Below, piece by piece: positions 9,558-14,850 of a DNA stretch of 25,708 bases (its first letter is position 1; each line of letters starts with the position of its first letter). The translations under genes were made by a program, and so were the position numbers. Below the pieces are notes generated by a model. The model was not told where the DNA came from. It searched no databases and saw nothing but the letters and a program-made list of their open reading frames with translations. The stretch comes from a virus (Duplodnaviria > Caudoviricetes), in the IMG/VR virus record IMGVR_UViG_3300018050_001983, positions 1-25,708 of that record; one strand, 5' to 3'.

Positions 9558-9586
9558 TTGACAAGAACATATTAAGAAGTTATAAT
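9558..9586 (+). promoter_or_regulatory. sigma70 promoter for tRNA-Leu(UAA)
   Basis: TTGACA-17bp-TATAAT, perfect consensus. Confidence 0.85.
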
Positions 9587-9610
9587 ACATGAATAGTAAA
9601 TAAGTTTTTA

Positions 9611-9908
9611 GCCAGTATGGAGAAATTGGTAAACTCAGCGGACTTAAAGAAAATTTGAGTGCTCTACTGGAAACGGTAGAAGTAGAACCTGTCAAATTCG
9701 GTGAAGGCTGTAAAATGTTAATACCGAGCCAAGCCTAATAGAAATATTAGGAAGGTGTAGAGACTAGACGGCAGGCACCTAAAGCAAGAGCAATGGTGAA
9801 GGTATAGTCCAGACCACAAACTGCGTGAGCAGGTAGTGAAAACTATAGTGGGATGAAAATCCGCCGGCCTAATCAGCCTTGCCGGTTCGAGTCCGGCTAC
9901 TGGCACCA
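9611..9908 (+). tRNA. trnL: tRNA-Leu(UAA), split by an intron (exons 9611-9645 and 9856-9908)
   Basis: Joining exons gives GCGGA-CTTAAAA-TCCGC; acceptor GCCAGTA/TACTGGC, long V-arm, T arm GCCGG-TTCGAGT-CCGGC, ACCA. Confidence 0.92.
9646..9855 (+). ncRNA. Group I self-splicing intron (210 nt, no ORF)
   Basis: Inserted U^AA in the anticodon; ends in G; core elements AAATTCGGTGAA, AATACCGAGCCAAG, GTAGAGACTAGACG and AAGGTATAGTCC; internal guide GAGT pairs with exon end ACTT through a U.G wobble. Confidence 0.92.
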
Positions 9909-9934
9909 AGTTTTTTTATTGTAAAAAAGAGTTA

Positions 9935-9963
9935 TTGACATAAAAGGCTAAATAAAATACAAT
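9935..9963 (+). promoter_or_regulatory. sigma70 promoter of the attenuator leader
   Basis: TTGACA-17bp-TACAAT; expected +1 near 9970, at the ATG. Confidence 0.8.
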
Positions 9964-9969
9964 AGGTAT

Positions 9970-10104
9970 ATGATGATTAAAACACTATCCACTTTTAAGT
10001 TTGTACATGAGCCAAGTTTTGTGGCCTATCTGCCACAATATTGGACAATGTGCACTCGTATTAGTAATGGTGCATCAAAGCCCGGGAGGGTCCTTAAAGG
10101 ATAA
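9970..10104 (+). CDS. Putative attenuator leader peptide (44 aa)
   Basis: MMIKTLSTFKFVHEPSFVAYLPQYWTMCTRISNGASKPGRVLKG*; last codons and stop lie on the 5' arm of the antiterminator. Confidence 0.7.
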   Translation: MMIKTLSTFKFVHEPSFVAYLPQYWTMCTRISNGASKPGRVLKG

Positions 10105-10135
10105 GTGTAAAAAACACCTAATCGTTTAAGGACCC
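10088..10135 (+). promoter_or_regulatory. Antiterminator hairpin
   Basis: GGGTCCTTAAA (10088-10098) is the exact reverse complement of TTTAAGGACCC (10125-10135); inner pairing GAT/ATC and GTGT/ACAC; shares bases with the terminator. Confidence 0.75.
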
Positions 10136-10165
10136 CAGGATTAAAAACCCTGGGGTTTTTGTTTT
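10131..10165 (+). terminator. Rho-independent terminator (attenuator)
   Basis: ACCCCAGG/CCTGGGGT stem followed by TTTTGTTTT. Confidence 0.85.
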
Positions 10166-10340
10166 GTAGTAAGTGTGAAAGGGAACGCGATCCTGCCTGC
10201 ACTATAAACATGGGCTTAATGAGGGCGGAGCCGAAGATGAGAGGCCAGTGGCGATAACACTGGTAGTAAAAATCGGCTGTATTTAAACAGATTGATTTCA
10301 GTCTATTTAAATACCAACATTCGTATCGAGTGTTGTAAAT

Positions 10341-10423
10341 GCCCCGGTGGCTAGTGGAAATTGGTACACCTAATGGTCTTAGAAGCCATGCTTTTCTCGG
10401 TTCGAGTCCGAGCTGGGGCACCA
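10341..10423 (+). tRNA. tRNA-Leu(UAG), atypical (short V-loop, enlarged D region)
   Basis: ATGGT-CTTAGAA-GCCAT; acceptor GCCCCGG/CTGGGGC; T arm CTCGG-TTCGAGT-CCGAG; ACCA. Confidence 0.85.
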
Positions 10424-10428
10424 TATAT

Positions 10429-10504
10429 GGTCAGATATCTTAAGAGGAAGAGAGCATCCCTCATAAGGATGAAAGTGCAGCTTCGAGTGCTGCTCTGACC
10501 ACCA
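10429..10504 (+). tRNA. tRNA-Met(CAU), elongator type
   Basis: CATCC-CTCATAA-GGATG; acceptor GGTCAGA/TCTGACC; ACCA. Confidence 0.85.
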
Positions 10505-10510
10505 GTTTTA

Positions 10511-10586
10511 CTCCGATTGGGATAATAGGTAGTCCACCTCGTTTGGGGCGAGGAAGGTGCTGGTTCGAGTCCAGTGTCGGAGACCA
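10511..10586 (+). tRNA. tRNA-Pro(UGG)
   Basis: CCTCG-TTTGGGG-CGAGG; C1-G72; ACCA. Confidence 0.92.
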
Positions 10587-10593
10587 GTTTTTT

Positions 10594-10670
10594 GGGAGTA
10601 TAGCTCAGCGGTAGTAGCAAGATGCTTTTAACATCGAGGTCGGCGGGTTCGAATCCCCCTGCTCCCACCA
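10594..10670 (+). tRNA. tRNA-Lys(UUU)
   Basis: GATG-CTTTTAA-CATC; acceptor GGGAGTA/TGCTCCC; irregular T stem; ACCA. Confidence 0.88.
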
Positions 10671-10676
10671 GTCTAT

Positions 10677-10684
10677 TATAAATA
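10677..10684 (+). promoter_or_regulatory. T4-type late promoter
   Basis: Exact TATAAATA 21 bp before the amidohydrolase ATG. Confidence 0.7.
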
Positions 10685-10705
10685 ACCATTGTTAGGAATA
10701 AACAT

Positions 10706-11746
10706 ATGATTTCAGCCGATTCGCATATAATTGAACCTGTAGATTTAATAAAAAAATATGCTAGGTCTGAAGTTATAATGCCAAAATTAGTTACTAATTT
10801 TGAACAAAGTGAAGGTTACTTGATAGATGGATTTAAAGATATTATTTTTTTACGCTATCTTTATGGAAATAGAAAGTTAGATACAAAAATAGATTGGTCA
10901 GATATACCCAAAGCTGCCTGGAACCCAGATGCACGAATTAATTATCAATATGATAAGATGTTGGATGCAGAAGTAATTTATCCGACTCTAGGCATGGTAT
11001 TATTAAAGCACGAAGATTTAAATTATCAACGATGCTATTTTGATGCATACAATACTTGGCTATCAGAGTTTTGTTCAACTGACCCTAAACGACTGATAGG
11101 TATTGCTGTTATTCCTCATACAACCCCAGAGGAAATGTGCAAGTACCTAGAGAAAGTTCAAGATTTAAAACTGCCCGGTCTACTTTTACCTGCAAGTACT
11201 GAATTAGGTAATTTAAAATATAATATATTTTGGGAGGCGGTTGCTAATTTAAGGCTACCAGTGTCTTTTCATACTCATACTAGTTATTCAACCTGTATAC
11301 CGAATATTGAACCTAAAATATCTTCATATTTGTCAGCACCTAGGGAAATACAAAATGTTTTATTTTCCTTAATATTTTCTGGCATATTGGAAAAATATCC
11401 AAATTTAAAGATAGTGTTATCTGAATCTGACATAGGTTGGGTGCCATATGTAATTAATAAAATGGATTATATGTTCACAACTAGGCAAGAAATTCCTTAT
11501 AATATACAAGTTTTACCTAGTATAATTATGGAAAGGCAAGTTTATCATACCTGGTTAAACGAAAGAATTCATTCAAATATTCTAAACAATTATAATAAGA
11601 ATATTATGTATAGTAATGATTATCCTCATCCTGATTCTAATAACCTAACAAAACATCAAGTTTTAGAAAAATTCCTTATTGAGGTAGATTCTAATCATAG
11701 GGAAAACATTTTAGTAAACAACTGCCGAGAACTTTACGGTTTTTAA
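10706..11746 (+). CDS. Amidohydrolase family 2 (metal-dependent TIM barrel)
   Basis: ISADSHIIEP, AEVIYPT, YNTWLSEFC..DPKRL, PVSFH, ESDIGWVP, SNDYPHPDS. Confidence 0.9.
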   Translation: MISADSHIIEPVDLIKKYARSEVIMPKLVTNFEQSEGYLIDGFKDIIFLRYLYGNRKLDTKIDWSDIPKAAWNPDARINYQYDKMLDAEVIYPTLGMVLLKHEDLNYQRCYFDAYNTWLSEFCSTDPKRLIGIAVIPHTTPEEMCKYLEKVQDLKLPGLLLPASTELGNLKYNIFWEAVANLRLPVSFHTHTSYSTCIPNIEPKISSYLSAPREIQNVLFSLIFSGILEKYPNLKIVLSESDIGWVPYVINKMDYMFTTRQEIPYNIQVLPSIIMERQVYHTWLNERIHSNILNNYNKNIMYSNDYPHPDSNNLTKHQVLEKFLIEVDSNHRENILVNNCRELYGF

Positions 11747-11763
11747 ACAGAAAACAGTTCTAA

Positions 11764-11834
11764 TGGGGTATAGTGTAACGGCAGCACCCTTCACTTTGAC
11801 TGAAGTAGATCTAGTTCGAATCTAGATACCCCTT
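11764..11834 (+). tRNA. tRNA-Gln(UUG)
   Basis: CTTCA-CTTTGAC-TGAAG; acceptor TGGGGTA/TACCCCT; CCA not encoded. Confidence 0.88.
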
Positions 11835-11842
11835 CCCTATTT

Positions 11843-11917
11843 GCCTCTATAGTTAAATGGTTATAACGCCGTGCTGATAACGCGGTATTTCTAGTTCGAT
11901 TCTAGGTGGAGGCACCA
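11843..11917 (+). tRNA. tRNA-Ile(GAU)
   Basis: CCGTG-CTGATAA-CGCGG; ACCA. Confidence 0.92.
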
Positions 11918-11923
11918 AATTAT

Positions 11924-11952
11924 TTGACAGTATAAAAAATAGCATATATAAT
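11924..11952 (+). promoter_or_regulatory. sigma70 promoter
   Basis: TTGACA-17bp-TATAAT. Confidence 0.85.
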
Positions 11953-11984
11953 TTATGAATATTCCGAGGTGCGCGGAGAGTAAA

Positions 11985-12038
11985 AAATGTTTTGGTAAAG
12001 CAACCGACTAAATAGTTAAAAGGATTACCAAAATGTTT
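11985..12038 (+). promoter_or_regulatory. Translation-repressing hairpin with late promoter in its loop
   Basis: AAATGTTTTGGTAA pairs with TTACCAAAATGTTT (14 bp, 2 G.U), covering the ATG at 12033; TAAATA at 12009-12014. Confidence 0.7.
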
Positions 12039-12686
12039 AAGTGTAAATTTTGCTACAACTTAAGAAAAAATTCAAATAGTTTAAGAAATCACGAAAGACT
12101 TTGTAAAGATAACCCAGATAAACAAAAGACTTTTTTTCAAACTAATCCAGTTAAAGTTGCAGAAAAAAGAAAAGAAAAAGGTTACGAAAATCAATATACA
12201 AAAGCAAAAAAGTTAGGTATTCCTGCGCCTATAATAAGCGAAGAAACTCGTAAGAAAATATCAATTAAAACTACACAAAATAATTTAAATAGAGATAATT
12301 TGATTAAAGAAAAAATAAGTGATTCGATGAAAAAAGCTCACGCTGAGGGTAGAGCCTGGAATATTGGAAAAAGTAGATGGAATAATGAACCATCTTATCC
12401 TGAAAAATTTTTTATGCAAGTGATTCAAAATGAATTCAATGATAAAAATTATATTAGAGAATACCCATTTGGAATTTATTCTATAGATTTTGCTTGGCCA
12501 GATAAAAAAATAGCTATAGAAATAGATGGAGAACAACATTTAAGATTCGAGTCGTATAAAGAAAGAGATTTAAGAAAGGATGAATTGTTAAAAAATAACG
12601 GATGGTTAGTCTTGCGTATTCGATGGAAAGATATGTATAATGACACCAAAAGGTGGATAAAAATTGCTAAAGATTTTGTAAAGTGA
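12033..12686 (+). CDS. Free-standing putative homing endonuclease (Zn finger, NUMOD3-like helices, DUF559/Vsr-like nuclease)
   Basis: CKFC...HERLC; SEETRKKIS; IDFAWPDKKIAIEIDGEQH...D...GWLVLRIRW. Confidence 0.8.
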   Translation: MFKCKFCYNLRKNSNSLRNHERLCKDNPDKQKTFFQTNPVKVAEKRKEKGYENQYTKAKKLGIPAPIISEETRKKISIKTTQNNLNRDNLIKEKISDSMKKAHAEGRAWNIGKSRWNNEPSYPEKFFMQVIQNEFNDKNYIREYPFGIYSIDFAWPDKKIAIEIDGEQHLRFESYKERDLRKDELLKNNGWLVLRIRWKDMYNDTKRWIKIAKDFVK

Positions 12687-12693
12687 AACTTAC

Positions 12694-12768
12694 TCCGCGA
12701 TACCGTTCTAGGTGAGGCGGGTCTGACTGTTAATCAGAAATAGGTTGGTTCGAATCCAGCTCGCGGAG
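12694..12768 (+). tRNA. tRNA-Asn(GUU)
   Basis: TCTGA-CTGTTAA-TCAGA; acceptor TCCGCGA/TCGCGGA, G73; no CCA. Confidence 0.85.
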
Positions 12769-12794
12769 TAAGTTTCATTAAAAGGATATTTTGA

Positions 12795-12867
12795 TGCAGG
12801 GTGTAGCAGAGGTCAGCTAGCCAGTCTCATAAGCTGGAAGTCGGTGGTTCGAATCCATCCCCTGCTT
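12795..12867 (+). tRNA. tRNA-Met(CAU), initiator-like
   Basis: U1xU72 mismatch, A11-U24, CCAGT-CTCATAA-GCTGG; followed by CAA rather than CCA. Confidence 0.8.
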
Positions 12868-12917
12868 CAAAGTGTCTTATTAAGATATATTGCTGGAGTC
12901 GCATAGAATAAGATTAA

Positions 12918-12991
12918 GCCCCTTTAGTTAAAAAGTATAACAGTTGCCTTGTAAGCATCAATCGGGGGAGCGTTACCTCCAAGGGGCACCA
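12918..12991 (+). tRNA. tRNA-Thr(UGU)
   Basis: Loop CTTGTAA; acceptor GCCCCTT/AAGGGGC; atypical T loop AGCGTTA; ACCA. Confidence 0.82.
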
Positions 12992-12997
12992 AACAAT

Positions 12998-13075
12998 TCC
13001 GGAGTAGTTCCAATTGGCTAGAACGGCAGCCTCCAAATCTGCATGATGGGAGTTCGAATCTCTCCTCCGGAGCCA
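12998..13075 (+). tRNA. tRNA-Trp(CCA)
   Basis: Loop CTCCAAA; acceptor TCCGGAG/CTCCGGA; GCCA. Confidence 0.88.
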
Positions 13076-13081
13076 TCAAAT

Positions 13082-13157
13082 GTGAGTGTGACCCGAAAGG
13101 CTAGGGGACGGTTTGCAAGTCCGTTATATGTAGGTTCAAGTCCTATCACTCACTCCA
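13082..13157 (+). tRNA. tRNA-Cys(GCA)
   Basis: Loop TTGCAAG; U73; TCCA end. Confidence 0.88.
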
Positions 13158-13164
13158 AATTTTT

Positions 13165-13239
13165 GCGGGTATAATTCAGTGGAAGAATGTCACTTTGCCA
13201 AAGTGAATGTCGTCGGTTCGAACCCGACTACCCGCTCCA
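13165..13239 (+). tRNA. tRNA-Gly(GCC)
   Basis: TCACT-TTGCCAA-AGTGA; GCGGGTA/TACCCGC; TCCA. Confidence 0.93.
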
Positions 13240-13241
13240 CG

Positions 13242-13316
13242 GCTGATGTAGATCAGAGGTAGATCGCCATCTTGGTAAGATGGAAGTCCCCAGTTCGATC
13301 CTGGGCATCAGCACCA
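13242..13316 (+). tRNA. tRNA-Thr(GGU)
   Basis: CCATC-TTGGTAA-GATGG; ACCA. Confidence 0.93.
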
Positions 13317-13323
13317 CTATAAT

Positions 13324-13401
13324 GGATCCTTAACTCAGTGGAATAAGAGTGTCTGTCTTCGAAACAGAAGGTCGTCGGTTCGAATCCGCCAGGATCCGCC
13401 A
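13324..13401 (+). tRNA. tRNA-Arg(UCG)
   Basis: TCTGT-CTTCGAA-ACAGA; GCCA. Confidence 0.9.
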
Positions 13402-13409
13402 TTTTCCGT

Positions 13410-13484
13410 GGTGTCTATAGTGTAATGGGAGCACCACTCTCTGTGAAAGAGTGAGGATGAGATCGAAACTCATTAGACACCCCA
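13410..13484 (+). tRNA. tRNA-His(GUG)
   Basis: ACTCT-CTGTGAA-AGAGT; encoded G-1:C73 pair; CCA. Confidence 0.92.
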
Positions 13485-13485
13485 A

Positions 13486-13561
13486 GCCGTTATAGCAAAG
13501 ATGGTCTATGCAGCGGACTGAAAATCCGAGGATCTCCGATCGTTACGGAGTGACGGCACCA
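13486..13561 (+). tRNA. tRNA-Phe(GAA)
   Basis: CGGA-CTGAAAA-TCCG; T loop ATCGTTA; ACCA. Confidence 0.88.
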
Positions 13562-13566
13562 TTTAT

Positions 13567-13658
13567 GGAGAAGCAAACCGATTGGCGACGGTGCCTGTCT
13601 TGAAAACAGTTGAGCGTTAGTAACGCCTTGGGAGTTCGACTCTGCCCCTTCTCCGCCA
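13567..13658 (+). tRNA. tRNA-Ser(UGA)
   Basis: Loop CTTGAAA; long V-arm GCGTT/AACGC; GCCA. Confidence 0.9.
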
Positions 13659-13690
13659 TTGTTATCAAAAAACAACATCAAATATAGCGA

Positions 13691-13751
13691 TTGACATTTA
13701 AGTGAATGCTGTATATAATGTTGAAATAGTGCAGTAAACGATCTTTAAAAA
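13691..13751 (+). promoter_or_regulatory. sigma70 promoter followed by boxA-like element
   Basis: TTGACA-17bp-TATAAT (13691-13719); GATCTTTAAAAA at 13740-13751. Confidence 0.78.
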
Positions 13752-13765
13752 GTTGTACAAATTTT

Positions 13766-13837
13766 GCACCCATCGTCTATCGGTTAGGACACCAGATTTT
13801 CATTCTGGGAAGCGGGGTTCGACTCCCCGTGGGTGTA
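13766..13837 (+). tRNA. tRNA-Glu(UUC)
   Basis: CCAGA-TTTTCAT-TCTGG; T arm CGGGG-TTCGACT-CCCCG. Confidence 0.9.
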
Positions 13838-13838
13838 C

Positions 13839-13907
13839 CCATATTGAAACACATTAATTGTCCCACAGAGGCCATTACTAATATCTGTATAGTGTGTTTC
13901 AATATGG
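13839..13907 (+). repeat. Long closing stem, copy 1 (CCATATTGAAACACAT...GTGTGTTTCAATATGG)
   Basis: 16-bp inverted repeat around a variable interior; near-identical arms recur at 14759-14850. Confidence 0.8.
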
Positions 13908-14044
13908 TTCTGAGAAAATGTGAGGCCAAACAGCCCAACTATCAGGGTAAAACTGATTCCTACTTCCTGCTAGCCACAGGTTCTACAAGTAGGAGAGCTA
14001 CCTTATGGCTCTTAAACAGATGATAGTAACCATAATCATTTTTT

Positions 14045-14127
14045 GGATGACGGGCGGCATTGGCGACCGCAGCTGACTGTAAATCAGTGCCTTCGGGAAC
14101 GGGGTTCGAATCCCTGGTCATCCACCA
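14045..14127 (+). tRNA. tRNA-Tyr(GUA)
   Basis: GCTGA-CTGTAAA-TCAGT; V-arm with CC-TTCG-GG; ACCA. Confidence 0.92.
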
Positions 14128-14132
14128 AAACA

Positions 14133-14393
14133 TGCTGTCTAATCAACAGCTACTCTGACCCAGAGGAAAGAAGTGGTGTGATAACCACGGGTGGTTCTGA
14201 GATTAAAAATCTCACAGTAGCAATACTGCGGTCTAACCTAACCGGCCTTGGCAATAGGATAATCCTCCCTGGTCGAGAAGCGGATGGAGGGCGGGCGTGA
14301 TGGTTGATTTACTGATGCAGAAGGCGTATACACCCGGATGCAAGTGATGTAATAAACTTGATCTGCTATAGTTACCGCCGCAGGGAGGCAGCA
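14133..14393 (+). ncRNA. Unidentified structured RNA (~260 nt)
   Basis: GC-richer spacer closed by TGCTG/CAGCA with at least five local hairpins and CCTCCCTG/CAGGGAGG. Confidence 0.6.
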
Positions 14394-14403
14394 CCCGAAT
14401 TTA

Positions 14404-14478
14404 GGTTCCATAGTATATCAGCGAGTATAGCGCCCTGTCACGGCGCAGGAACGGGTTCGAATCCCGTTGGGACCGCCA
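14404..14478 (+). tRNA. tRNA-Asp(GUC)
   Basis: GCGCC-CTGTCAC-GGCGC; GCCA. Confidence 0.92.
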
Positions 14479-14572
14479 AAGGAAAACCAGGGAGAGCTGC
14501 GGTTTGAAATTATAGACCTCTTACCGCTCGCTCTTAAACAACAGAACAAGACCGTGTCCCATATTAGATTTA

Positions 14573-14662
14573 GGAAGGCTCCCATAATGGTATTGGAGAA
14601 GATTGCTAATCTTTCGCCCGGCGTAATCCGGGTTCGGGGTTCGAGTCCCCGGCCTTCCGCCA
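14573..14662 (+). tRNA. tRNA-Ser(GCU)
   Basis: GAAGA-TTGCTAA-TCTTT; V-arm CCCGG/CCGGG; GCCA. Confidence 0.92.
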
Positions 14663-14671
14663 ATTAAATAA

Positions 14672-14732
14672 TTGACATTATATCCAAATGGCACTATAAT
14701 GTTTACATAGTGTAATAAACGATCTTTAACAA
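14672..14732 (+). promoter_or_regulatory. sigma70 promoter followed by boxA-like element
   Basis: TTGACA-17bp-TATAAT (14672-14700); GATCTTTAACAA at 14721-14732. Confidence 0.8.
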
Positions 14733-14758
14733 ATAATAAGTGTCAACAAAAGGTTAAC

Positions 14759-14850
14759 ACCATATTGAAGCACATTTCGGACAGTGGAGATACGCAAGTG
14801 TACAGTCTGTTCCCAAGAAAGAGCCACAGGGGAGTGTGTTTCAATATGGT
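14759..14850 (+). repeat. Long closing stem, copy 2
   Basis: ACCATATTGAAGCACATTTC/GGAGTGTGTTTCAATATGGT, 20 bp including three G.U pairs. Confidence 0.8.

Noticed and set aside
10341-10423. Amber suppressor tRNA / stop-codon recoding
   Set aside because: Anticodon UAG reads CUA (Leu), not the amber codon. No CUA or UCA anticodon was found, long ORFs are intact in code 11, and TAG terminates 3800-5221.
9718-10689. Minus-strand ORFs 9718-9909, 10026-10424 and 10351-10689
   Set aside because: Antisense shadows of tRNA genes and the intron (typical MVPVAGLEPAR-like translations).
14133-14393. RNase P RNA, tmRNA or SRP RNA
   Set aside because: GAGGAAAG is present but not followed by TCC and has no matching 3' P4 strand; there are no tRNA-Ala-like ends or tag ORF, and no SRP GGAA/AGCAG loop.
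14479-14570. tRNA-associated HDV-like (theta) ribozyme after tRNA-Asp
   Set aside because: I could not build the nested double pseudoknot by eye; a motif search would be needed to exclude it fully.
13490-14667. ORFs 13490-13681, 13829-14023, 14043-14300, 14418-14663 and 14467-14667
   Set aside because: They overlap well-formed tRNAs or structured RNA, with no convincing SD or protein motifs.
13839-14850. CRISPR array
   Set aside because: The repeats are inverted arms of two separate hairpins about 900 bp apart, not direct repeats with regular spacers; no cas genes are present.
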